The notes under the pieces were generated by a model, which saw only the letters and a program-made list of their open reading frames with translations, had not been told where the DNA came from and did no database searches. A stretch of 64,000 nt of DNA from NCBI RefSeq assembly GCF_003790525.1, contig NZ_CP033635.1; one strand, 5' to 3'. Shown piece by piece: positions 1 through 16,163 of this stretch (positions are counted from its first letter, which is position 1; each line of letters opens with the position of its first letter). The DNA comes from Escherichia coli. GTDB lineage: Bacteria > Pseudomonadota > Gammaproteobacteria > Enterobacterales > Enterobacteriaceae. Position numbers and translations under genes: made by a program.

Positions 1-75
1 GGCGTAAACGCCTTATCTGGCCTACGGGAGCATTTGTAGGCCTGATAAGACGCGGCAAGCGTCGCATCAGGCTTG
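1..75. repeat. REP/BIME-like palindromic repeats (ggcgtaaacgccttatctggcctac ... gacgcggcaagcgtcgcatcaggc)
   Basis: Matches the E. coli REP consensus family (GCCKGATGCGRCG... and ...CGCCTTATCCGGCCTAC types); extragenic, downstream of ubiG. Confidence 0.75.
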
Positions 76-107
76 GCTCGGTCGTCGGATGAATCCAAAC
101 AACAACC

Positions 108-830
108 TCACTTATTCTGCGTATGCAGCATATAGTTCACATCAACGCCGGGGCCGAGCTTAAAGGAATTAGTTATAGGGTTGTAATGCAGCCCGGTCAT
201 ATGCCGTTCTTTAAGACTGGTCTGATCCACCCAGCCCAGCAATTCTGCCGGTTTAATAAACTTCTTCACATCATGTGTACCTTTAGGCACCATGCGCAAA
301 ATATATTCAGCACCAACCACCGCCATCAGCCATGACTTGCCGTTGCGGTTGAGCGTCGAGAAAAAGACATCGCCGCCCGGTTTCACCAGTTGCGCACAGG
401 CTCTGACCACTGACTGAGGATCGGGGACGTGCTCCAGCATCTCCATGCAGGTCACCACATCATACTGCCCGGCATGTTTTGCCGCGTGCTCTTCCACGGT
501 TTCCTGCACGTAATCCACCTGAATGCCGCTTTCCAGTGCGTGCAGTTTTGCCACCTGCAATGGCTCAAAGCCCATATCCAGACCGGTCACCGTCGCACCT
601 TCGCGCGCCATACTCTCGGCCAGAATGCCGCCGCCACAACCGACATCGAGCACCTTTTTGCCAAATAAACCGCCAGCACGCTCGGCAATATAGCCCAGAC
701 GCAGCGGGTTAATACGGTGCAGCGGTTTGAACTCACCTTCCAGATCCCACCAGCGGGAGGCGACGGCTTCAAATTTAGCGATCTCTTCGTGGTCTACGTT
801 ATTGTTTTTAAGGAGATTTTCAGTGTTCAT
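108..830 (-). CDS. ubiG: Bifunctional 3-demethylubiquinone-9 3-O-methyltransferase UbiG (240 aa)
   Basis: Same length as E. coli UbiG and near-identical over residues ~11-240 as I recall it; SAM-binding motif [11 protein letters not shown]; divergent from gyrA as in K-12. Confidence 0.95.
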   Translation of the reverse strand: MNTENLLKNNNVDHEEIAKFEAVASRWWDLEGEFKPLHRINPLRLGYIAERAGGLFGKKVLDVGCGGGILAESMAREGATVTGLDMGFEPLQVAKLHALESGIQVDYVQETVEEHAAKHAGQYDVVTCMEMLEHVPDPQSVVRACAQLVKPGGDVFFSTLNRNGKSWLMAVVGAEYILRMVPKGTHDVKKFIKPAELLGWVDQTSLKERHMTGLHYNPITNSFKLGPGVDVNYMLHTQNK

Positions 831-907
831 TGTTACATAAGAGTCTATAAAGGTTGTCGGGCAGTATAGCAGGTGAAAAGTGCCAGTGTTATAAACTCAT
901 TCACATT

Positions 908-1606
908 TTACTGTGTAGATAACGAGAGAATTTTTCGTGCGCGCTCGGTAAATCCACTACTTACGTGATGAGTAATAAAATTACAAACACCTTCAACGTT
1001 ATTATTTTTTAGCATATCTAAAATAGTCGCATGGCCACGATTTGAATTGGTGATATATTCCGTAGTGAAATCCAGTCGATAACGGATAGCAAGTAAACGT
1101 GCGGATATCAATTGGTGTGCCTGAGAGATGTATTTATTATCAGCGTATTTAACAAACACATAATGAAAATCATGATCCAGTTTAAGATAAGCCTGAGTAT
1201 CGCGCTCGGCATTAATTTTTGCTGATTTTGATAGTATACTATTTAGTTCAATGATGACATTGTTTGCATTCTTTTCCATTGCTTCACTAATTGCACCCTG
1301 CTCCAGAATTACTCGCATTTTTATGAGGTCATTAATATCTTTATCTGTTACGGAAAAAACGAATGTTCCGCTGCGTGGAATGATATTGATCAGATTTTCA
1401 TTGTGACTAAGTAAAATAAAAGCTTCACGAATAGGTGTTTTACTTACCGCCAGAATATTCGAAAGTTCATTTTCACTTATCGGTTGCCCAAGACTGAGAT
1501 CGCCATGAATTATCATATCCCTGATTTTTTCTTTGATGACCTGTGTTACGGATTTTGGTATCTCAATTGATATGTGACTTAAGTCACGTTTCGCTTTATC
1601 TCTCAT
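908..1606 (-). CDS. GntR-family (FadR/FCD-type) transcriptional regulator, 232 aa
   Basis: N-terminal winged-HTH typical of GntR (ENELSNILAVSKTPIREAF) with a C-terminal helical FCD-like domain; strongly AT-rich codon usage; no equivalent between ubiG and gyrA in K-12 as I recall. Confidence 0.7.
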   Translation of the reverse strand: MRDKAKRDLSHISIEIPKSVTQVIKEKIRDMIIHGDLSLGQPISENELSNILAVSKTPIREAFILLSHNENLINIIPRSGTFVFSVTDKDINDLIKMRVILEQGAISEAMEKNANNVIIELNSILSKSAKINAERDTQAYLKLDHDFHYVFVKYADNKYISQAHQLISARLLAIRYRLDFTTEYITNSNRGHATILDMLKNNNVEGVCNFITHHVSSGFTERARKILSLSTQ

Positions 1607-1670
1607 TCCTTTGCCCCTTATTAAGCTGCTGGTCCATTATATGTAATCATTTTATCAATGAAGGTATCTA

Positions 1671-1753
1671 ATATATCAGATATGACAAAAATGATATATC
1701 TTATTGTTGTAGCTTAGTGTTTCAATCAATGATCAAGCTGATATATCAGATAT
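1671..1753. promoter_or_regulatory. Divergent promoter region with two exact 13-bp direct repeats ATATATCAGATAT (1671-1683 and 1741-1753); candidate operator for the adjacent GntR regulator
   Basis: Exact 13-mer repeated 70 bp apart, with extended ~20-bp similarity (ctaatatatcagatatgaca / ctgatatatcagatataaca), lying between the divergently oriented regulator and transporter genes. Confidence 0.4.
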
Positions 1754-1843
1754 AACACATCACCTTTTGAACTGGATTATTTTTTACGTAATATCCACTT
1801 CGGGCAGTACTCTTATTCATTGAACCACAAAAGGTGAAACAAA

Positions 1844-3172
1844 ATGAGCAGTCCTCAGAAAGATTTGTATGAAGCCATTTCTATTGTGAAAAGGAAGATT
1901 ATTCCGTTAGCATTTATTCTGTATTTTTTTAACTATATGGATCGTGTTAACATCGGATTTGCCGCTTTACGCATGAATGAATCCCTTGGTATTACACCAG
2001 AGGATTTTGCTAATATATCTTCAATATTTTTTGTGTCCTATTTGATTTTTCAAATTCCGAGCAGTATTGGATTGCAAAAGTTAGGTGCAAGAAAATGGAT
2101 TAGCGCCATTATTGTTGGTTGGGGAACAGTAACAACGTTAATTTTCTTTGCCAAAGACACCCAGCATATATTGCTCGCTCGGGTCTTTTTGGGAATATTT
2201 GAAGCGGGGTTTTTCCCTGGCATGGTTTACTACCTGGCATGTTGGTTCCCGGCGCGTGAACGTGGAAAAGTGAATAGCTTTTTTATGTTATCAATCGCAG
2301 TTGCATCTGTGCTGGCGGCACCAATGTCTGGTTGGATTATTGAACATATGAATACCGGTAACTATGAAGGATGGCGCTGGCTTTTTGCTATTGAAGGCAT
2401 TCCTACGGTGTTATTGGGGGCGCTGACCTTTTATTTACTGCCAGATCGTCCGGAAAAAGCCCGCTGGCTTACACCATCGCAAGTCACCGCATTGGTCGAT
2501 AAACTTAATTCTGATAACGAAAAAGCCGCAGCATTAAATAAAAATACAAATGCATCTTTTCTGTCAATCATTAAAAATCCAGTATTACTACAACTCTCAT
2601 TTGCTTATATGTTTATTCAGGCAGCGGCGTTGGCGGCAAATTACTGGTTACCGGGGTTGGTTAAAGGATTTTCATCGGATTTCACAGATACCGATGTCGG
2701 TTTGATTATGAGTATTCCGTTTATTTTCGCGATGTTCAGTATGCCATTATGGGGATGGCATTCCGATAAAAAGAATGAAAGGAAATGGCATGCCGCACTA
2801 CCGATGTTGGTTGCAGGTTGCGGTTTTTTAATGATCGCACTTGTACCTTCGATGACGCTGCGCATGATGGGATTAACATTATACGGTGTAGGCATTCTCA
2901 GTTATTACGGTCCGTACTGGGCTTTACCCTCAGCTTTACTTTCACCATCAGGCCTGGCAATCAGTATTGCGTTTATTAACTCTTGTTCAAGTTTGGGTGG
3001 TTTTCTGATCAATAAATCACTTGGCTATGTTTCTACACATTATGGAGCCACGGGGATATTTATTGTTGAGGCGATTCTTTGCTTTATCGCCGTAGCTATT
3101 TTGTTATCAATGAAAATTGATAATAAAAAAGATAACGCCCAGAAAGACAATGTTATTTCACATGCTAAATAA
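1844..3172 (+). CDS. MFS transporter, anion:cation symporter (ACS) family, sugar-acid permease-like (DgoT/ExuT/GudP-like), 442 aa
   Basis: About 12 predicted hydrophobic segments; N-terminal ACS-type motif NYMDRVNIGFA; AT-rich codon usage. Confidence 0.75.
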   Translation: MSSPQKDLYEAISIVKRKIIPLAFILYFFNYMDRVNIGFAALRMNESLGITPEDFANISSIFFVSYLIFQIPSSIGLQKLGARKWISAIIVGWGTVTTLIFFAKDTQHILLARVFLGIFEAGFFPGMVYYLACWFPARERGKVNSFFMLSIAVASVLAAPMSGWIIEHMNTGNYEGWRWLFAIEGIPTVLLGALTFYLLPDRPEKARWLTPSQVTALVDKLNSDNEKAAALNKNTNASFLSIIKNPVLLQLSFAYMFIQAAALAANYWLPGLVKGFSSDFTDTDVGLIMSIPFIFAMFSMPLWGWHSDKKNERKWHAALPMLVAGCGFLMIALVPSMTLRMMGLTLYGVGILSYYGPYWALPSALLSPSGLAISIAFINSCSSLGGFLINKSLGYVSTHYGATGIFIVEAILCFIAVAILLSMKIDNKKDNAQKDNVISHAK

Positions 3173-3184
3173 ATGAGGTTATTT

Positions 3185-4387
3185 ATGAAGATTACATCTG
3201 TAGAAATTTTTGACTGCGAACTCAAAAAAAGAGATCAAACTATGGCCTCTTATAATCCAGTACTTATTCGGGTTAATACCGATGCTGGAATAAGTGGTGT
3301 TGGCGAAGTAGGATTAGCCTATGGTGCAGGTGCAAAATCTGGTGTTGGTATTATCAGAGATTTAGCCCCTCTCATCATTGGTGAAGATCCGTTGAACATT
3401 GAGAAGATTTGGGAATTCCTCTTCAGGAAAACATTTTGGGGAATGGGCGGTGGTAATGTTTTTTACGCAGGTATGAGCGCTATTGATATTGCCTTATGGG
3501 ATATTAAAGGTAAATATTTAAACGTGCCGGTTTATCAACTACTGGGGGGAAAGACTAACGATAAATTGAGAACTTACGCCAGTCAGTTACAATTTGGTTG
3601 GGGCGAAAAAAGGCAAATATTAGTAACGCCTGAAGAGTATGCAGAGGCAGCGCGTGCCGCTATTGCAGAAGGTTATAATGCGATAAAAGTTGATCCGCTT
3701 GAAATCGATCTGCATGGCGGCGATTGTGTCTTTCAGAACAAAAATAGAAATTACTCTGGCTTATTACTGGCCGAACAATTAAAAATGGGCGAGGCAAGAA
3801 TTGCCGCTATGCGTGAAGCAATGGGCGACGATGCTGATATTATTGTAGAGATTCATTCTCTTCTAGGAACAAATTCAGCGATCCAGTTTGCCAAAGCAAT
3901 AGAGAAATATCGTATTTTTCTCTATGAGGAGCCAATTCATCCATTAAATTCGGATAATATGCAGAAAGTTGCCCGTTCAACATCGATTCCGATAGCAACA
4001 GGTGAGCGTTCTTATACTCGCTGGGGATATCGTGATTTACTGGAAAAACAATCAATTGCGGTAGCTCAACCTGATTTGTGTCTTTGTGGTGGCATTACAG
4101 AGGGAAAGAAAATTTGTGATTATGCCAATATATATGACACAACCGTTCAGGTACATGTTTGTGGCGGGCCTGTTTCAACAGTAGCGGCGCTGCATATGGA
4201 AACTGCAATACCTAACTTTATTATTCATGAACATCATACCAATGCGATGAAAGCATGTATTCGGGAACTTTGTACTTACGATTATCAACCCGAGAATGGC
4301 TATTATGTCGCGCCAGAGTTGCCTGGGCTTGGTCAGGAATTAAACGATGAAATCGTACAACAATATCTTGCCTATGTGATCAAATAA
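3185..4387 (+). CDS. Enolase-superfamily (mandelate racemase/muconate lactonizing enzyme-like) acid-sugar dehydratase, ~400 aa
   Basis: N-terminal capping-domain and barrel motifs typical of the MR/MLE superfamily (AIDIALWDIKGK, PVYQLLGG, later EEP and HxxE-type regions); the ATG at 3185 follows a GAGG Shine-Dalgarno; an alternative ATG at 3173 abuts the transporter stop. Confidence 0.7.
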   Translation: MKITSVEIFDCELKKRDQTMASYNPVLIRVNTDAGISGVGEVGLAYGAGAKSGVGIIRDLAPLIIGEDPLNIEKIWEFLFRKTFWGMGGGNVFYAGMSAIDIALWDIKGKYLNVPVYQLLGGKTNDKLRTYASQLQFGWGEKRQILVTPEEYAEAARAAIAEGYNAIKVDPLEIDLHGGDCVFQNKNRNYSGLLLAEQLKMGEARIAAMREAMGDDADIIVEIHSLLGTNSAIQFAKAIEKYRIFLYEEPIHPLNSDNMQKVARSTSIPIATGERSYTRWGYRDLLEKQSIAVAQPDLCLCGGITEGKKICDYANIYDTTVQVHVCGGPVSTVAALHMETAIPNFIIHEHHTNAMKACIRELCTYDYQPENGYYVAPELPGLGQELNDEIVQQYLAYVIK

Positions 4388-4414
4388 CGGCGATTTATAT
4401 ACTCTAAATAATTC

Positions 4415-4675
4415 GAGTTGCAGGAAGGCGACAAGCGAGTGACAAATTCGTCAGGAACGAATTTGCCCAGCCGCAGGCTGGCCTTCGGTGAGAGACATGG
4501 ATGTCTCTCATTAATCCCCAGGAGCTTACATAAGTAAGTGACTGGGGTGAGCGACAAATCCGCATGGAGCGGATTTGAACGCTGCTTGCAGCGGCCCCGT
4601 AAGGGGTGAGGTCCATGGATGGGCCGAATAACCCGCAGACGCAGCACATGCAACTTGAAGTATGACGAGTATAGC
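4415..4675. repeat. ERIC (enterobacterial repetitive intergenic consensus / IRU) element, long form with internal insertions
   Basis: Contains the ERIC core aatccccaggagcttacataagtaagtgactggggtgagcg and characteristic ends (gagttgcaggaaggcg ... acatgcaacttgaagtatgacgagtata); the ORFs called here (4372-4653, 4404-4649, 4619-4855) are taken as spurious. Confidence 0.8.
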
Positions 4676-4833
4676 CATTATTTCTGGTGTTTATTGAGGC
4701 ACAGGAAGCGTGTTGCGGTCTTTGTTCCTTTGTCGTTCACCGCCAGCGCGATGTGTGCTGGCGGTGGGGTAAAACGCAGTAGATCTACAGCGCCCGGAAG
4801 CCTGCATTACGTTTACCCGTCCGCAAGCGATTG

Positions 4834-4842
4834 TGTTATAAT
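4834..4842 (+). promoter_or_regulatory. Candidate gyrA promoter extended -10 element (TGtTATAAT)
   Basis: TGn + TATAAT hexamer about 45 bp upstream of the gyrA ATG. Confidence 0.5.
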
Positions 4843-4886
4843 CTCCGACCTTTGAATCCGGGATACAGTAGAGGGATAGCGGTTAG

Positions 4887-7514
4887 ATGAGCGACCTTGC
4901 GAGAGAAATTACACCGGTCAACATTGAGGAAGAGCTGAAGAGCTCCTATCTGGATTATGCGATGTCGGTCATTGTTGGCCGTGCGCTGCCGGATGTCCGA
5001 GATGGCCTGAAGCCGGTACACCGTCGCGTACTTTACGCCATGAACGTACTAGGCAATGACTGGAACAAAGCCTATAAAAAATCTGCCCGTGTCGTTGGTG
5101 ACGTAATCGGTAAATACCATCCCCATGGTGACTTGGCGGTTTATAACACGATCGTCCGTATGGCGCAGCCATTCTCGCTGCGTTACATGCTGGTAGACGG
5201 TCAGGGTAACTTCGGTTCCATCGACGGCGACTCTGCGGCGGCAATGCGTTATACGGAAATCCGTCTGGCGAAAATTGCCCATGAACTGATGGCCGATCTC
5301 GAAAAAGAGACGGTCGATTTCGTTGATAACTATGACGGCACGGAAAAAATTCCGGACGTCATGCCAACCAAAATTCCTAACCTGCTGGTGAACGGTTCTT
5401 CCGGTATCGCCGTAGGTATGGCAACCAACATCCCGCCGCACAACCTGACGGAAGTCATCAACGGTTGTCTGGCGTATATCGATGATGAAGACATCAGCAT
5501 TGAAGGGCTGATGGAACACATCCCGGGGCCGGACTTCCCGACGGCGGCAATCATTAACGGTCGTCGCGGTATTGAAGAAGCTTACCGTACCGGTCGTGGC
5601 AAGGTGTATATCCGCGCCCGTGCGGAAGTGGAAGTTGACGCCAAAACCGGGCGTGAAACCATTATCGTCCACGAAATTCCGTATCAGGTGAACAAAGCTC
5701 GCCTGATCGAAAAAATTGCGGAACTGGTAAAAGAAAAACGCGTGGAAGGTATCAGCGCGCTGCGTGACGAGTCTGACAAAGACGGTATGCGCATCGTGAT
5801 TGAAGTGAAACGCGATGCGGTCGGTGAAGTGGTGCTCAACAACCTCTATTCCCAGACCCAGTTGCAGGTTTCTTTCGGTATTAACATGGTGGCATTGCAC
5901 CATGGTCAGCCGAAGATCATGAACCTGAAAGACATCATCGCGGCGTTTGTTCGTCACCGCCGTGAAGTGGTGACCCGTCGTACTATTTTCGAACTGCGTA
6001 AAGCGCGCGATCGTGCTCATATCCTTGAAGCATTAGCCGTCGCGCTGGCAAACATTGACCCGATCATCGAACTGATCCGTCATGCGCCGACGCCTGCAGA
6101 AGCGAAAACGGCGCTGGTTGCTAATCCGTGGCAGCTGGGCAACGTTGCCGCGATGCTGGAACGAGCCGGCGACGATGCTGCGCGTCCGGAATGGCTGGAG
6201 CCAGAGTTCGGCGTGCGTGACGGTCTGTACTACCTGACCGAACAGCAAGCTCAGGCGATTCTGGATCTGCGTTTGCAGAAACTGACCGGCCTTGAGCACG
6301 AAAAACTGCTCGACGAATACAAAGAGCTGCTGGATCAGATCGCGGAACTGTTGCGTATTCTTGGTAGCGCCGATCGTCTGATGGAAGTGATCCGCGAAGA
6401 GCTGGAGCTGGTTCGTGAACAGTTCGGTGACAAACGTCGTACTGAAATCACCGCCAACAGCGCAGACATCAACCTGGAAGATCTGATCACCCAGGAAGAT
6501 GTGGTCGTGACGCTCTCTCACCAGGGCTACGTTAAATATCAGCCGCTTTCTGAATACGAAGCGCAGCGTCGTGGCGGGAAAGGTAAATCTGCCGCACGTA
6601 TTAAAGAAGAAGACTTTATCGACCGACTGCTGGTGGCGAATACCCACGACCATATTCTGTGCTTCTCCAGCCGTGGTCGCGTCTATTCGATGAAGGTTTA
6701 CCAGTTGCCAGAAGCTACTCGTGGCGCGCGCGGTCGTCCGATCGTCAACCTGCTGCCGCTGGAGCAGGACGAACGTATCACCGCGATCCTGCCGGTGACC
6801 GAGTTTGAAGAAGGCGTGAAAGTCTTCATGGCCACCGCTAACGGGACCGTGAAGAAAACCGTCCTCACCGAATTCAACCGTCTGCGTACCGCCGGTAAAG
6901 TGGCGATCAAACTGGTTGATGGCGATGAGCTGATCGGCGTTGACCTGACCAGCGGCGAAGATGAAGTAATGCTGTTCTCCGCCGAAGGTAAAGTGGTGCG
7001 CTTTAAAGAGTCTTCTGTCCGTGCGATGGGCTGCAACACCACCGGTGTTCGCGGTATTCGTTTAGGCGAAGGCGATAAAGTCGTCTCTCTGATCGTACCT
7101 CGTGGTGATGGCGCAATCCTCACCGCAACGCAGAACGGTTATGGTAAACGTACCGCAGTGGCGGAATACCCAACCAAGTCGCGTGCGACGAAAGGGGTTA
7201 TCTCCATCAAGGTTACCGAACGTAACGGTTTAGTGGTTGGCGCGGTGCAGGTAGATGACTGCGACCAGATCATGATGATCACCGATGCCGGTACGCTGGT
7301 ACGTACTCGCGTTTCAGAAATCAGCATCGTGGGCCGTAACACCCAGGGCGTGATCCTCATCCGTACTGCGGAAGATGAAAACGTAGTGGGTCTGCAACGT
7401 GTTGCTGAACCGGTTGACGAGGAAGATCTGGATACCATCGACGGCAGTGCCGCGGAAGGGGACGATGAAATCGCTCCGGAAGTGGACGTTGACGACGAGC
7501 CAGAAGAAGAATAA
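4887..7514 (+). CDS. gyrA: DNA gyrase subunit A (875 aa) carrying QRDR substitutions S83L (TTG, 5133-5135) and D87N (AAC, 5145-5147)
   Basis: Full-length match to E. coli GyrA; QRDR reads [15 protein letters not shown] where wild type is HPHGDSAVYDTIVRM; catalytic Tyr122 context AMRYTE is intact. Confidence 0.97.
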   Translation: MSDLAREITPVNIEEELKSSYLDYAMSVIVGRALPDVRDGLKPVHRRVLYAMNVLGNDWNKAYKKSARVVGDVIGKYHPHGDLAVYNTIVRMAQPFSLRYMLVDGQGNFGSIDGDSAAAMRYTEIRLAKIAHELMADLEKETVDFVDNYDGTEKIPDVMPTKIPNLLVNGSSGIAVGMATNIPPHNLTEVINGCLAYIDDEDISIEGLMEHIPGPDFPTAAIINGRRGIEEAYRTGRGKVYIRARAEVEVDAKTGRETIIVHEIPYQVNKARLIEKIAELVKEKRVEGISALRDESDKDGMRIVIEVKRDAVGEVVLNNLYSQTQLQVSFGINMVALHHGQPKIMNLKDIIAAFVRHRREVVTRRTIFELRKARDRAHILEALAVALANIDPIIELIRHAPTPAEAKTALVANPWQLGNVAAMLERAGDDAARPEWLEPEFGVRDGLYYLTEQQAQAILDLRLQKLTGLEHEKLLDEYKELLDQIAELLRILGSADRLMEVIREELELVREQFGDKRRTEITANSADINLEDLITQEDVVVTLSHQGYVKYQPLSEYEAQRRGGKGKSAARIKEEDFIDRLLVANTHDHILCFSSRGRVYSMKVYQLPEATRGARGRPIVNLLPLEQDERITAILPVTEFEEGVKVFMATANGTVKKTVLTEFNRLRTAGKVAIKLVDGDELIGVDLTSGEDEVMLFSAEGKVVRFKESSVRAMGCNTTGVRGIRLGEGDKVVSLIVPRGDGAILTATQNGYGKRTAVAEYPTKSRATKGVISIKVTERNGLVVGAVQVDDCDQIMMITDAGTLVRTRVSEISIVGRNTQGVILIRTAEDENVVGLQRVAEPVDEEDLDTIDGSAAEGDDEIAPEVDVDDEPEEE

Positions 7515-7534
7515 TTTTACGTCTTCATGCCAAA

Positions 7535-7556
7535 AGGGAGATATCTCCCTTGTTTG
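7535..7556 (+). terminator. Rho-independent terminator candidate downstream of gyrA
   Basis: Perfect 16-bp palindrome AGGGAGATATCTCCCT followed by a T-rich tract. Confidence 0.55.
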
Positions 7557-7662
7557 AATTGAAAAGTCCAGGCTGCAAAGTCTGGGCTTTTGTCGTATTA
7601 GGGCGCGGTAAAGTTTTGCTGTGCTCGTAAAAAATGGCTGGCTTTACACAAGGAATGTGGCA

Positions 7663-14509
<6,847 letters not shown>

Positions 14510-16159
14510 GTGAACTGGCGCAGAATCGTCTGGCTATTAGCGTTGGTTACTCTGCCAACGCTTGCGGAGGAGACGTCGTTACAACTGGCGCTGCGGGGCG
14601 CGCAGCATGACCAACTGTATCAGTTATCGTCGTCAGGCGTGACCAAAGTCTCGGCATTACCTGACACGCTCACCACGCCGTTAGGGAGTTTGTGGAAACT
14701 GTATGTTTACGCCTGGCTGGAGGATACCCATCAACCGGAGCAGCCCTACCAGTGTCGCGGAAACTCCCCGGAAGAGGTTTATTGTTGTCAGGCTGGGGAG
14801 AGTATAACGCGCGATACCGCGCTGGTACGTTCCTGTGGGCTCTATTTTGCGCCGCAGCGGTTGCATATTGGCGCAGATGTGTGGGGGCAATATTGGCAAC
14901 AGCGTCAGGCACCTGCGTGGTTAGCGTCTCTTACTACGCTGAAGCCAGAAACCTCGGTAACGGTTAAATCGCTGCTTGATTCATTAGCGACGTTACCTGC
15001 GCAAAACAAAGCTCAGGAAGTTTTACTGGATGTGGTGCTGGACGAGGCGAAAATCGGTGTCGCATCCATGCTCGGTAGTCGGGTACGGGTGAAAACCTGG
15101 AGCTGGTTTGCCGATGATAAACAGGAAATCCGTCAGGGTGGTTTTGCCGGCTGGTTAACCGATGGTACACCGCTGTGGGTGACTGGCAGTGGCACCAGCA
15201 AAACGGTACTGACCCGTTATGCGACGGTGCTTAATCGGGTTTTGCCAGTGCCGACGCAGGTTGCCAGTGGGCAATGTGTCCTGGTGGAGCTGTTTGCCCG
15301 CTATCCGCTGAAGAAAATCGCAGCGGAAAAGAGTACGACGGCAGTAAAACCCGGCGTACTTAATGGGCGCTATCGTGTGACGTTCGCCAATGGTAACCAC
15401 ATTACGTTTGTCAGCCACGGTGAGACGACCTTACTGAGCGAAAAGGGCAAACTGAAATTGCAGTCGCATCTCGATCGTGAAGAGTATGTTGCCAGAGTTC
15501 TGGATCGCGAGGCGAAAAGTACGCCCCCTGAGGCAGCGAAAGCCATGACCGTGGCGATACGCACTTTTTTACAGCAAAACGCCAATCGGGAAGGCGATTG
15601 CCTGACCATCTCTGACAGCAGCGCCACACAGCGTGTTTCGGCTTCGCCAGCGACCACGGGGGCGCGAACGATGACCGCCTGGACGCAGGATCTTATCTAT
15701 GCGGGCGATCCGGTTCATTATCACGGCAGTCGCGCTACCGAAGGGACGCTTTCCTGGCGGCAAGCCACGGCCCAGGCGGGGCAGGGAGAGCGTTACGACC
15801 AGATACTCGCGTTTGCTTATCCCGATAACAGCCTTAGCCGCTGGGGAGCGCCACGCTCAACCTGTCAGTTATTACCCAAAGCGAAAGCCTGGCTGGCGAA
15901 AAAAATGCCGCAGTGGCGGCGTATATTGCAAGGCGAGACGGGCTACAACGAACCAGACGTGTTTGCGGTCTGTCGTTTAGTCTCAGGTTTCCCCTATACC
16001 GATCGGCAGCAGAAACGGCTGTTTATTCGTAACTTCTTTACGCTTCAGGATCGGCTGGATTTAACCCATGAGTATCTGCACCTGGCCTTTGATGGTTATC
16101 CCACCGGGCTTGATGAGAACTATATCGAAACGCTGACCCGACAATTATTAATGGACTAA
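14510..16159 (+). CDS. yfaQ: YfaQ, DUF2300-family secreted protein (549 aa)
   Basis: GTG start directly after the yfaS stop; signal peptide VWLLALVTLPTLA; same length as K-12 YfaQ. Confidence 0.85.
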   Translation: MNWRRIVWLLALVTLPTLAEETSLQLALRGAQHDQLYQLSSSGVTKVSALPDTLTTPLGSLWKLYVYAWLEDTHQPEQPYQCRGNSPEEVYCCQAGESITRDTALVRSCGLYFAPQRLHIGADVWGQYWQQRQAPAWLASLTTLKPETSVTVKSLLDSLATLPAQNKAQEVLLDVVLDEAKIGVASMLGSRVRVKTWSWFADDKQEIRQGGFAGWLTDGTPLWVTGSGTSKTVLTRYATVLNRVLPVPTQVASGQCVLVELFARYPLKKIAAEKSTTAVKPGVLNGRYRVTFANGNHITFVSHGETTLLSEKGKLKLQSHLDREEYVARVLDREAKSTPPEAAKAMTVAIRTFLQQNANREGDCLTISDSSATQRVSASPATTGARTMTAWTQDLIYAGDPVHYHGSRATEGTLSWRQATAQAGQGERYDQILAFAYPDNSLSRWGAPRSTCQLLPKAKAWLAKKMPQWRRILQGETGYNEPDVFAVCRLVSGFPYTDRQQKRLFIRNFFTLQDRLDLTHEYLHLAFDGYPTGLDENYIETLTRQLLMD

Positions 16160-16163
16160 TGCT

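Noticed and set aside
3173-3184. Upstream ATG (3173) as start of the dehydratase gene
   Set aside because: It directly abuts the transporter stop codon with no ribosome-binding site, whereas the ATG at 3185 is preceded by GAGG at suitable spacing; the upstream start cannot be excluded if the two genes are translationally coupled.
4372-4855. Three overlapping small ORFs (93, 81 and 78 aa) between the dehydratase gene and gyrA
   Set aside because: They lie entirely within the ERIC repeat and the gyrA promoter; palindromic repeats routinely produce open frames on both strands.
5049-6020. 323-aa ORF on the minus strand inside gyrA
   Set aside because: Antisense shadow ORF within a highly conserved, well-supported gene; no start or RBS context and a low-complexity, Arg/Val/Thr-rich translation.
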